Shown here: positions 8,275 through 16,687 of the stretch, one piece after another
Position numbering within the stretch: position 1 is the first letter of the stretch
How the letters are laid out: the number at the start of each line of letters is the position of its first letter
From: a virus
Lineage: Duplodnaviria > Heunggongvirae > Uroviricota > Caudoviricetes
Direction: 5' to 3' (one strand)
IMG/VR virus record: IMGVR_UViG_2529293216_000013
Length of the DNA: 35,441 nucleotides
Position numbers and translations under genes: made by a program
The notes under the pieces: generated by a model
The model's input: only the letters and a program-made list of their open reading frames with translations
The model's database searches: none
Told to the model about the DNA's origin: nothing

Positions 8275-8613
8275 CTATTTCCCTGAATTTACGACGAAAC
8301 TGTTCGAGCGGGCTGAAGCACTCATGCTCATAGCCTTCGCGGAGGTAGATAACCCGTTGTGTTTCCGGTTCCCAACGAATGACTCTGACGGGCACTCCGT
8401 AGTGATCTTTGAACCAGCGGTTAACTTGTCGCAAAGGACTGTCTCCTTTTGCCTGTTGAAATCACCCACAGCCCACTCTGCAAAGCTGTGGGTTACAATT
8501 TCCCTGTCACCTGGTACATTCACTGCATAGCAATACTCCACCTTCGCTTTTCCACCCGGTACAGGAAGTGCAATCAGTTGCGAGCGACGGTAGTGTGTTG
8601 TTAAACTGTTCAT
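8275..8613 (-). CDS. Hypothetical ORF between CII-like and O-like genes; frame ambiguous
   Basis: 112 aa ORF in one frame; a second minus-strand frame (8255..8434) has AAGGAG plus TTG start and a more protein-like product ([58 protein letters not shown]) ending in overlap with the O start. Confidence 0.3.
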   Translation of the reverse strand: MNSLTTHYRRSQLIALPVPGGKAKVEYCYAVNVPGDREIVTHSFAEWAVGDFNRQKETVLCDKLTAGSKITTECPSESFVGNRKHNGLSTSAKAMSMSASARSNSFVVNSGK

Positions 8614-9161
8614 GCGTTAGTTTCTCCACAGTCACGACACGCCACGGCGCCCGGAGCTGCACACTCGCGGGCGTCATTACTTTCTGAAATGCAAAAAATT
8701 TTGTAGACCAGTGCTGCATGCTCCTGCAGCTTCGAAATTGAGAGGTACAGCTCGTCGTTAATTGCTGTCTTCTCATGCGGTTCCACTACACCGTCTTCAA
8801 TTGCTGAACGAATCTGTTTTGAATAACTGCCGATCTGTTCAATGACCTCCAGCAGGCGTTGGTTGATATCGGCGTTGTCCACATCCTCGACATCAGGAAG
8901 AGACACAAAGACGCCATTTGCAGACTGCGCCACAGCGTCAGCAATGAAGTGAGTTCCACCAGCACGTTGCAAAATCATTGCCCATCCCAGCGGGAAAATC
9001 TGATCGCCATCGGCACGAAGGCGGTTAAATAATGCGTTCTCTGTTACATCCAGCCAGTCAGCAGCTTCAGCGTACCCCCCCGGCAACGCTGCGATAGTTT
9101 TTCTGACAGCTTTCACGTACCACTCAGGCTGTTTTTCTACTTTCCAGTGATGCTTACCCAC
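8610..9161 (-). CDS. CII/YdaT-like prophage regulatory protein (putative)
   Basis: 183 aa; immediately downstream of the Cro-like gene with overlapping start/stop; family assignment from memory only. Confidence 0.4.
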   Translation of the reverse strand: MGKHHWKVEKQPEWYVKAVRKTIAALPGGYAEAADWLDVTENALFNRLRADGDQIFPLGWAMILQRAGGTHFIADAVAQSANGVFVSLPDVEDVDNADINQRLLEVIEQIGSYSKQIRSAIEDGVVEPHEKTAINDELYLSISKLQEHAALVYKIFCISESNDARECAAPGAVACRDCGETNA

Positions 9162-9414
9162 GGTTCACCTCCTGTTCCTGTGGTTTAAACCCATTCTGGT
9201 TTTGGCTAGATTGAAAACGTGCCGGATAAAGAATCTGCATTTCGCTGACTTCACCCTTAAAAAAATTGGCTAAACGTTCTGCAAGCTCGATAGATGGAAT
9301 CTGCTCCAGCCTCTCAATACGACTCAACGTCGCTGGATTGACTTGAACACCCGCAGCAACATGCTGCAAAGTGAAACCATGCGCCTTACGCACATTTCGT
9401 AATGGTGATTGCAT
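9154..9414 (-). CDS. Cro-like HTH repressor (XRE family)
   Basis: 86 aa; HTH GFTLQHVAAGVQVNPATLSRIERLEQIPSIELAERLANFF; divergent from cI across an operator-rich 97 bp spacer. Confidence 0.65.
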   Translation of the reverse strand: MQSPLRNVRKAHGFTLQHVAAGVQVNPATLSRIERLEQIPSIELAERLANFFKGEVSEMQILYPARFQSSQNQNGFKPQEQEVNRG

Positions 9415-9424
9415 ACGCCCTCCA

Positions 9425-9495
9425 AATATTGCGCGTTATGCATGTTATTTCACGCAATTATTTTGCGCAAGTTGATTTGCTTATCACGCAATAAA
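9425..9495. promoter_or_regulatory. Right operator/promoter region (OR-like) between cro-like and cI
   Basis: Repeated half-site motifs ATTGCGCG, CACGCAAT (twice) and palindromic TTGCGCAA in the divergent intergenic region. Confidence 0.5.
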
Positions 9496-9511
9496 GAAAT
9501 GTAATAAACGC

Positions 9512-10204
9512 ATGAACATAGGAAACCGAGTCAGACAACTTCGCCAAGCGAAGAACATGAAAATCGCCGATCTCGCTGAAGCGATAGGAGTAGATGCGGC
9601 GAACATCTCGCGCTTAGAAACGGGTAAGCAAAAACAATTTACCGAACAAACACTGAGTAATATTGCCAAGAGCTTAGGTGTTGATATTGCTGATCTCTTT
9701 ACCTCTGCCCACAAAAGTAATACTGTATATAAAAACAGTAATAATGAGGATGTTGCGCAGGTGAAGGATGTGTTCCGTATTGAAATGCTGGATATCAGTG
9801 CCAGTGCGGGAAATGGCCTTATCCAGGGCGGTGATGTCATTGATGTGATTCATGCCATCGAATACAGAACTGATAATGCTGTATCAATGTTCGGCGGACG
9901 ACCAGCCAATCACATCAAAGTTATCAACGTTCGTGGGGACAGTATGTGTCCAACCATTGAGCCAGGAGATCTCATCTTCGTTGATGTCAGCATCAATCAG
10001 TTTGATGGTGATGGTATATATGTCTTTGGTTTTGATGACAAAATATACGTTAAAAGACTTCAAATGATTCCTGACAAACTGCTGGTGATTTCTGATAACC
10101 AGATTTACCGTGAATGGGGAATTACTAGCGAAAACGAACACCGATTCATGGTCTTTGGAAAGGTCTTAATCAGTCAGTCGCAAACCCTTAAGAGACATAA
10201 TTAA
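9512..10204 (+). CDS. cI: CI-type prophage repressor (HTH plus S24 LexA-like autopeptidase domain)
   Basis: 230 aa; N-terminal HTH (MKIADLAEAIGVDAANISRLETGK); C-terminal S24 motifs VRGDSMCPTIEPGDLIFVD and YVKRL (Ser/Lys dyad). Confidence 0.85.
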   Translation: MNIGNRVRQLRQAKNMKIADLAEAIGVDAANISRLETGKQKQFTEQTLSNIAKSLGVDIADLFTSAHKSNTVYKNSNNEDVAQVKDVFRIEMLDISASAGNGLIQGGDVIDVIHAIEYRTDNAVSMFGGRPANHIKVINVRGDSMCPTIEPGDLIFVDVSINQFDGDGIYVFGFDDKIYVKRLQMIPDKLLVISDNQIYREWGITSENEHRFMVFGKVLISQSQTLKRHN

Positions 10205-10223
10205 CCTCAATATCCCATCCATC

Positions 10224-10248
10224 GGCCACCGAAAGGTGGCTTTTTATT
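10224..10248 (+). terminator. Rho-independent terminator downstream of cI
   Basis: GGCCACC-gaaa-GGTGGC hairpin followed by TTTTTATT. Confidence 0.65.
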
Positions 10249-10256
10249 ACCTATAA

Positions 10257-10295
10257 ATTTGCATATCTCGCAAATACCACTTGCATATCTCGCAA
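10257..10295. promoter_or_regulatory. Left operator-like tandem dyads (OL-like)
   Basis: Two copies of TTGCATATCTCGCAA (inverted TTGC...GCAA arms), sharing the TCxCGCAA core with the OR-region sites. Confidence 0.45.
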
Positions 10296-10502
10296 TTTAA
10301 TTTTATCTTTTATTCCAGACCAACTACAGGATTACAACAAAATCTGGTTGCAACACGGTGCATGTGTCGTAAGCAGTCAGTAAATGTCAAAAACGAACAG
10401 GCAGGACGCCCACGAAGTAGCCGCCTGGGGCATATGAAGTCCAGGATGATTCGTTGAGTCATGTTGTGCCACTAGGCACTCATGTTAAAGCAGGTGTATG
10501 AA

Positions 10503-10778
10503 ATGAAAGTCCAGATTTTAAACAATAACTGTGAAGTCGTTTGGTCATACGACATAGCCGCCCCTGTAGATCAGAGCGGCGATAGCTGGACCAATGGGAA
10601 ACATCAGATTATGGCTGGAGTTGTGTTCTCTTTACGCCGTGCTTTAGAACAGGCTGAAGTCTTTCCATCAGACCCTGAATGGAAATGGCCTTTTTCTATT
10701 TGTCCAAATTCGGAGAGTACATTTCAGAAAATTGGTCAGAAAGTCGCACTCGAAGAGCATCAGCCAACTGTTTCCTGA
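10503..10778 (+). CDS. Hypothetical protein downstream of cI (rex-position cargo?)
   Basis: ORF with AGGTG Shine-Dalgarno before ATG at 10503; no recognisable motif; 3' end overlaps a convergent ORF. Confidence 0.3.
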   Translation: MKVQILNNNCEVVWSYDIAAPVDQSGDSWTNGKHQIMAGVVFSLRRALEQAEVFPSDPEWKWPFSICPNSESTFQKIGQKVALEEHQPTVS

Positions 10779-10941
10779 TTTTTTCAGGTAACTCGTCGGC
10801 ATCGCAGAAACAACAACGCTCGATCATGTTGAAAGCCGATTCGTAGAACTGTTTTTGCTGAGTGTCGCTGAGACAGGAAAAGAGCGACGTTACGATGATT
10901 TTATTAATTGCATTATCAAGTTCTTTTTCATCAAAAGTCAT
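10696..10941 (-). CDS. Hypothetical small protein (81 aa)
   Basis: Protein-like composition (MTFDEKELDNAINKII...); convergent 83 bp overlap with the previous ORF, so one of the two may be spurious. Confidence 0.3.
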   Translation of the reverse strand: MTFDEKELDNAINKIIVTSLFSCLSDTQQKQFYESAFNMIERCCFCDADELPEKIRKQLADALRVRLSDQFSEMYSPNLDK

Positions 10942-11442
10942 TTGATTTTCCTTTTATGTATACGGGCTTAAAAGGATACCACCGAGCCTGAAGTGGTGAA
11001 AAGACAGGCACATAACAGCTAAGTATTTTCAACCAGAGAGAATCCTTAGCGTTGTGGTGAATGCGGCTCAGCGCACGCGGGTTAAGGTTGAGGCTGACAG
11101 TCGACCTTCTGTGGATACCCACCCGCCTGGTGTGCAACCTTCGCCAGGCACCGGGAGGCACCCGGCACCACAACTTTATGCTGTGTGTAGTCTTAGCGGT
11201 ACCAGCTTGTACCCTTGCTTCCGGCTGGTACCGTCCTTTTTACAAAACAGAGAAGAGCATCACCGGACGACGGGCTCATAACCCAATCCATCCGGGCGGC
11301 TGCCACCGCAGGTGTATAGCGCGGCGATTTTTTTGATACCGATTTGCATTTCATTTGATACCGCTGAAAAACGCCGATACGCAACTTATTTGATACTAAA
11401 TCGGCGCTTTTCTTTTGAGTTTTAGAATGAGTTTTTAAGCGC

Positions 11443-12180
11443 TCATTCACTCTCTTTCAAACCAGTTTTAACTGTTTGTGGTTTTGGGTAAGGCTGGACT
11501 TTGAATAGCTTTGTGTTGAGGCGTTTTCTGGCCCTCTTGTTCAGAAACCGGATGTAACGAAACTGTCGGAACTTATGAACACTGGCTCTGTCAATATTAG
11601 CCCTCAGATGTTCACCTCGTTGTCCGCCTCGTTTAATGGCATTCCTGCAAATCTCGTGATACCACTCGCCATCAAGTTCATAGAATATTGATTCATGGCT
11701 GCCTACATAATCAAAATTGCTTGCCTGATACACGACACCAAGACAGCCACAACGCTCATCTGCAAACGACTGAACCCACTGTACCTGCGGATAAAGCTGC
11801 CTGATTAGCTTGAGCGCGTAACTGATTGCCCTTGATTCGGAGTTTCTCGGCATACAGTCATGCAGCCATAGCCGGTTAAGCTCCATATATTCTCGGTTCT
11901 GCGTACCCGTTACGACGCGTGCACCACTGTTTGGGTTAAGGGCGTAACCCCATTGCATTACGCCAACAAGTTCCCGTTCTGAAAATATGCCCAGATGAAG
12001 GTAGGAGTTATTTACGAAACGGTGGCTGTAATGTTTATTGACGATGACCAGTCTGGCCAGCCAGCAACTTATTGTCTCAACCCGCAACTCACGGGAGCCA
12101 TAACCAACGATATTGTCGTTATAGCGAATAAGTTCAGGCGTGCTGATGATTCGGGATGTGACTTGCTTTCTGTTCCCCAC
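11443..12180 (-). CDS. mom: Mom-like DNA modification protein (GNAT-fold acyltransferase family), putative
   Basis: 245 aa; GNAT-like C-terminal signature [12 protein letters not shown]; start overlapped by a Com-like zinc-finger gene exactly as in phage Mu com/mom. Confidence 0.5.
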   Translation of the reverse strand: MGNRKQVTSRIISTPELIRYNDNIVGYGSRELRVETISCWLARLVIVNKHYSHRFVNNSYLHLGIFSERELVGVMQWGYALNPNSGARVVTGTQNREYMELNRLWLHDCMPRNSESRAISYALKLIRQLYPQVQWVQSFADERCGCLGVVYQASNFDYVGSHESIFYELDGEWYHEICRNAIKRGGQRGEHLRANIDRASVHKFRQFRYIRFLNKRARKRLNTKLFKVQPYPKPQTVKTGLKESE

Positions 12181-12334
12181 GACAGGATTTCCTTGTGTAT
12201 GTGGGGTGCTCTGTGGCGCTCGGAGATGTGATTTGATTGAGGGTTTTACAGCGCGGACATTTTACTTCCAGATAACTGAAACTGGCCCGTGCCAGTAGCT
12301 TATTGCAGTGTCGGCACCGTATGTTTCGATACAT
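12134..12334 (-). CDS. com: Com-like zinc-finger translational activator
   Basis: [34 protein letters not shown]...EHPT resembles Mu Com (IRCKNCNKLL...IRCPRCK...EHPT) as recalled; AGGAGG upstream of the internal ATG; 3' end overlaps mom start. Confidence 0.6.
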   Translation of the reverse strand: MYRNIRCRHCNKLLARASFSYLEVKCPRCKTLNQITSPSATEHPTYTRKSCRGEQKASHIPNHQHA

Positions 12335-12364
12335 GACCGCATAACCTCCTGCTTTGTTGTTGAT

Positions 12365-12400
12365 GCCTTTCTCATGCAATCGATCGACAAAAACGATCGA
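12365..12400. promoter_or_regulatory. GATC-rich putative com/mom promoter region
   Basis: Two CGATCG sites (GATC at 12371..12374 and 12384..12387) plus TCGAT repeats within about 30 bp upstream of com. Confidence 0.3.
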
Positions 12401-12448
12401 TTCGATTTGTTTAATTGATACAACAAATAGATTGAAAAGTCATCAACA

Positions 12449-12913
12449 ATGATTCAGGGAGGTGATTATTTACTTAAAGAAAACGAAGAGTTAGGTGGTG
12501 AAAACGATCATAAAATGATCATTTTATTGACTTTTTATACAGTGAAGGTAGGATCACGCGTATATGTAGTATGTTTCAAATCAACAGGATACTACATAAA
12601 AGTGAAACCCAGCATAGCTGGAACTATGCTGGGTCAATCTGTAAAAACTTGCATCAATGCTTTACTTCGAGCTCGTGGCGTATCCTATGATATTCCCCGG
12701 TCTCCTGTAAAGCAGAGATGCATAAAAAGGAGATCTTTATCATGGATGAAAGAGCCTGTTTGCCCTGCCTGTAAGACTCCCTTACAGCTCATCTATCGCC
12801 GTTCTCGATCTCAAAATGGCAAGACATACAAACCCAAAAATGCTTCCTGTTTCAGGATGCTGATATGTCCTGCCTGTTCTCCCAGGAGGGAAAATACACA
12901 AAACGTGCATTAA
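12449..12913 (+). CDS. Hypothetical protein with C-terminal double CPAC zinc-ribbon motif
   Basis: ...VCPACKTPLQ...(26 aa)...ICPACSP; N-terminal part is low-complexity and may not be coding. Confidence 0.25.
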   Translation: MIQGGDYLLKENEELGGENDHKMIILLTFYTVKVGSRVYVVCFKSTGYYIKVKPSIAGTMLGQSVKTCINALLRARGVSYDIPRSPVKQRCIKRRSLSWMKEPVCPACKTPLQLIYRRSRSQNGKTYKPKNASCFRMLICPACSPRRENTQNVH

Positions 12914-12951
12914 CAAACTCACCCGGCAGGGAAACCTGCCGGTCGGTATTG

Positions 12952-13197
12952 TTACATCATAGTACCGTCAGTTCCGGGCTGAACCGGCTCTGGTTGCTCT
13001 ACGGGTTGAGGATCATTTTCCGTGCTGTTTTCAGCCGGAGAACGGCCAACCATTCGGGCCAGCACTTCATCAACATATGCGTCGATTTGTGCCTCAAAAT
13101 CCTTGCGAACCTGCGCCTTCAGCACGCGGTTCACTTCTTCAGAATAAAGTGCCTGTTTGACAAGCTCTTCAGTAACCGTGCCTTTAATCTCTGGCAT
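12952..13197 (-). CDS. Hypothetical acidic small protein (81 aa)
   Basis: AAGGAG Shine-Dalgarno 7 nt before ATG; acidic, Pro/Glu-rich C-terminus. Confidence 0.4.
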   Translation of the reverse strand: MPEIKGTVTEELVKQALYSEEVNRVLKAQVRKDFEAQIDAYVDEVLARMVGRSPAENSTENDPQPVEQPEPVQPGTDGTMM

Positions 13198-13232
13198 GAA
13201 TATTCTCCTTTTGCAGGTATATTGCCCCGTTA

Positions 13233-13415
13233 TCAGAGCGGGGTCGGGTCGTTTGGGGATGACGGTGCCTGTGCTGTTTTACTGAGTTTTTCAGCTGCCG
13301 CATCATCAATTTTACGGCGAATATAATTTCTGATGACCTTATAACCACCGCTCACCAGATATAACGCACTGACCACAGCGCAGAAATAAAGCAGCATTGT
13401 ATGAACGAATGTCAT
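13233..13415 (-). CDS. Hypothetical small membrane protein (60 aa, one TM)
   Basis: Hydrophobic segment MLLYFCAVVSALYLVSGG followed by basic stretch. Confidence 0.35.
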   Translation of the reverse strand: MTFVHTMLLYFCAVVSALYLVSGGYKVIRNYIRRKIDDAAAEKLSKTAQAPSSPNDPTPL

Positions 13416-13561
13416 ATAACCTTACCTTTGATATTGACTACATAATTCGTTATCGGGTAAAAACATCGAAGCGACTGATAACCACTCCTTCGGGAGTATT
13501 TTTATTTTCCTTTATGGGTTAGGTAGCTCCCGCCAGCCATATCATGACCGGCGGGATTTTT

Positions 13562-15601
13562 TTATTCTGTTACCGCTTTTTTCACTTCCACCACAATGCT
13601 GTCAATCAGCACCGGGTAAGTTGCATTTTTTGTGATATCCGTTACGCGGAGTTTGTCCACCGGGAAAGTTCCTACTGGTGACTGCGTCAGGGTAAACGCG
13701 GCACCATCCTGACCATCAATAACCGGAATAACCTGAAGGCTGTTATTTCCTGCAAAACGGAAGGCCAGCGTATGCCATTCATTATCAAATGCACCAAAGG
13801 TTCCCAGTTTCTGGTTATTTGTTGCCACTTTTGCATTGTGGTACATCACATTCAGGTCTTTTGCGTCTGTCTGGATGTAGAACGATGCCAGCAGATTATT
13901 CCCTGCATCCCCTGTCAGGGTGACACCCTGCGGCAGAGAGGAAACCGGCCAGTAAAGCCCCATGACATACTGGTTTGCCACCAGGTCGCCAGGTACTTTA
14001 AAACGACAACTGATTAAACCACCATTTTTCAGCAGTTCAGCACCAGTACCGGCATCATGATCCAGATACCAGGATGATTTACCTGTTTCCTTGGTCAGTT
14101 TCATTGCCTTACCACCTGTGCCTCCTGCATCACTGATAATTTCAGCTTTACCGCCAGCCGGCTCCCAGCCCTGGGCTTTCAGATTTCCTTCTGACTCACT
14201 GACACGATAAGACAGCAGTGTTGTGGTTACTGCTTCAGTTTCTGAAGGTGACGGCACTGGTGCTTCAGTTTCAGAAGATGGAACATCGGCTTTTACTGTG
14301 GTTCGCCCCGCATGAGTCAGAACTGCCGTGGCCAGACGGTCGGAAATAATCCCACGACGTGCCCATGAACTGAAATGGCTGGCCCGGTCCGCAGATGTCC
14401 AGGTGGCGGCACTGTTACGCCACGTTGAGCCGTAATAACCAATGGATTCAATATCCGGGTCTTCTGCCGGATTGTTGGTGGGTACATTCGCGTCATTTTC
14501 ATCTGTCATTAATGGAACGAAATGAATGTTTTTATCTGTTTTGTTTTTGTAGCCGCCATAGATTGCCTGGTATGCCGGTTCATTTTTCTGTTTCCAGAAA
14601 TACGTGGTATCGCCACAAATCCACGGAACGCCAGCAGCACTGCCACCGGTACACTGTTCCGCCTGTTCAGCCAGGTCTGCGCGGAATTTTTCCACCATCG
14701 CCAGAAACAGCGCGGAATGCTCCGTCGGCTTCGCATCAATATCAAACTCGCCCTGCATCCACACCACAGCAAGCAGGCGGTTTTTCGGGTTCTTCGCCAG
14801 TGCCGCTTTTGTCCGGCTGATTAAGTCCTTATACAGCGGCTTATCCACACCCCAGCGGGCTGAGTCCTCTGAAGCACCCGTGCTGTCACTGTACGTGCCG
14901 TCAGCACCCGCCGTGAATGCAGAACCACCACGGCAGCAGGGAACCAGCAGAATCCCCGCATCTGCCGGAATAAACGGCAGCAGTTTTTTGGCAATGTGAA
15001 GCCCCTGACCCACGGTGCCATATTGCCCTTTAGCCACATCCGCTTTCGGGTGATTTTTTCCACTCATATCCTGCACATCATGCAGACAGTGGTCGGCCAG
15101 AATGATGTCGTTATACTGACAGGCTTTACCTCCCGGCGTGACTGTACTGCGACGGGCTAACTGCATAATACGCGGTTCGGGGCGGTCATATGTCTCCGGC
15201 AGTGGCAGACCTTCACCGTAAGCCATACCGTTTGACTGACCAGCAAGAACCACCACGTAATACCAGGAAGGGGAGCTGGAAGCAGTTTCATTTCCTGACG
15301 GACGGGTATGTGTTTCAGCATTATCCCAGTCTGACGGTTCAGCAGTACCGGCAACATCAGCACTTAACGGAATGACCGCACCAATACCCGCTCCGGTAAT
15401 TTCCACACTCGGATCACCGGATACTGGCCTTACCCACAGGCAATCCCGTGTATTAAAACTGATGAGACAGTCAGCAAATGTCATTCCTCCTTTTGTTTCG
15501 GCCGGAGGAAAGGGAGCCTCAAGAAATGCCGCTGTACCACCGGAAACTTTAACAGTAAAGTTTCCGGGCATTGATGATAGTTGAACCCATTTGGACGTCA
15601 T
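13562..15601 (-). CDS. Prophage sialate O-acetylesterase-like protein (NanS-p-like, SASA/SGNH esterase core)
   Basis: 679 aa; motif VVVLAGQSNGMAYGEG (GQSN catalytic Ser motif); size and architecture resemble NanS-p paralogs of E. coli prophages. Confidence 0.65.
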   Translation of the reverse strand: MTSKWVQLSSMPGNFTVKVSGGTAAFLEAPFPPAETKGGMTFADCLISFNTRDCLWVRPVSGDPSVEITGAGIGAVIPLSADVAGTAEPSDWDNAETHTRPSGNETASSSPSWYYVVVLAGQSNGMAYGEGLPLPETYDRPEPRIMQLARRSTVTPGGKACQYNDIILADHCLHDVQDMSGKNHPKADVAKGQYGTVGQGLHIAKKLLPFIPADAGILLVPCCRGGSAFTAGADGTYSDSTGASEDSARWGVDKPLYKDLISRTKAALAKNPKNRLLAVVWMQGEFDIDAKPTEHSALFLAMVEKFRADLAEQAEQCTGGSAAGVPWICGDTTYFWKQKNEPAYQAIYGGYKNKTDKNIHFVPLMTDENDANVPTNNPAEDPDIESIGYYGSTWRNSAATWTSADRASHFSSWARRGIISDRLATAVLTHAGRTTVKADVPSSETEAPVPSPSETEAVTTTLLSYRVSESEGNLKAQGWEPAGGKAEIISDAGGTGGKAMKLTKETGKSSWYLDHDAGTGAELLKNGGLISCRFKVPGDLVANQYVMGLYWPVSSLPQGVTLTGDAGNNLLASFYIQTDAKDLNVMYHNAKVATNNQKLGTFGAFDNEWHTLAFRFAGNNSLQVIPVIDGQDGAAFTLTQSPVGTFPVDKLRVTDITKNATYPVLIDSIVVEVKKAVTE

Positions 15602-15700
15602 AATAATCAGCCTGTTCCTGAATAAACTGAATTATCATATCCACAGACCGATAAACGCCATTTTGCGTTAATTCAGTAAAGGCCCAACAAAGAGAGCGTC

Positions 15701-16261
15701 TTATTTTTCCGAAACGCTCGCAGGATAATAACGATAAAGGGTTGAAAGGCCGATATCAAAAATAAGTGCCACCTGTCTTCGACTGACACCCCCGGCCAGT
15801 AAACGCCCGACCTGCTCGTATTGTTCCTGCGTGAGACGACGGGGTCTGCCGCCGGTTCGTCCCCTTTCACGGGCAGCTGCAAGACCAGCCCGTGTCCGTT
15901 CGACAATTAATTCACGCTCCATTTCTGCCAGCGCACCCATTATGTGAAAAAAGAAGCGCCCCATGGGGGTTGACGTATCAATGTTGTCAGTAAGACTACG
16001 AAAATTTATCCCCTGTTGCTGTAATTCATCTGTCAGCGCAACAAGGTGGCGCATACTGCGCCCCAGCCTGTCCAGTTTCCAGACCATCAGTGTGTCACCG
16101 GGTTTTAGTTTCTTCAGTGCCCGCTTCAGTCCCGGCCGCTGTGTCGTTTTACCACTCATTTTATCTTCAAAAATCTGCTCACATCCTGCACATTCCAGCG
16201 CATTTCTTTGTAAACCTGTGTTCTGGTCATTTGTTGATACGCGTATATAGCCAATCAGCAT
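15701..16261 (-). CDS. pin: Serine recombinase DNA invertase (Pin/Hin/Gin/Cin family), copy 1
   Basis: 186 aa; MLIGYIRVSTNDQNTGLQRNALECAGCEQIFEDK...GRSMRHL...C-terminal HTH; close match to e14 Pin as recalled. Confidence 0.9.
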   Translation of the reverse strand: MLIGYIRVSTNDQNTGLQRNALECAGCEQIFEDKMSGKTTQRPGLKRALKKLKPGDTLMVWKLDRLGRSMRHLVALTDELQQQGINFRSLTDNIDTSTPMGRFFFHIMGALAEMERELIVERTRAGLAAARERGRTGGRPRRLTQEQYEQVGRLLAGGVSRRQVALIFDIGLSTLYRYYPASVSEK

Positions 16262-16687
16262 GTATTTACCTTCCTTAAAAAGAGGTGGAAAGGCCTTTTA
16301 AAGCAGATATACGGCATCCCTGAAACCTTCGGTTTACGGGATACTGTAAACAGGGCCGCGAATGCCCTGCCATCGAACGGAGCGGCTGTTGCAGCGAATA
16401 AACTCGCCACTCCAAGAAATATTAATGGTGTCCCATTTGACGGAACGCAGGATATAAATATTACATCGGGGATGACGCAGTCTGTGGCTGACTCACGTTA
16501 TGTTCAAAGCATTCGAAGAGGTTCAAGGTCAACGATTGGAATGCAATATAATATTTTTGAGGTTCCTGACGGATGCGTACTTACAGGGCTTGATGTCGCT
16601 GGTGATGGTAATGCAACGGTAACCGCATATTATCGACCTGTTCAGTTTCTGATAGATGGTTCGTGGAAAACAGCTTCCAGCGCATAA
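16262..16687 (+). CDS. Tail fibre variable C-terminal segment (Sv), 5'-truncated (no constant part)
   Basis: Open frame from 16238 without start codon; ...LATPRNINGVPFDGTQDINITSGMTQSVADSRYVQ...AYYRPVQFLIDGSWKTASSA. Confidence 0.55.
   Translation, partial: VFTFLKKRWKGLLKQIYGIPETFGLRDTVNRAANALPSNGAAVAANKLATPRNINGVPFDGTQDINITSGMTQSVADSRYVQSIRRGSRSTIGMQYNIFEVPDGCVLTGLDVAGDGNATVTAYYRPVQFLIDGSWKTASSA

Noticed and set aside
10931-11450. Minus-strand ORFs 10931..11173 and 11193..11450
   Set aside because: Products are Arg/Pro/Ser-rich with no Shine-Dalgarno and overlap strong hairpins; treated as non-coding (see structured-region finding).
14395-14999. Several 100-140 aa ORFs inside the esterase gene on both strands
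   Set aside because: Fully embedded in the 679 aa esterase ORF with Cys/Arg/Ser-rich products; shadow frames.
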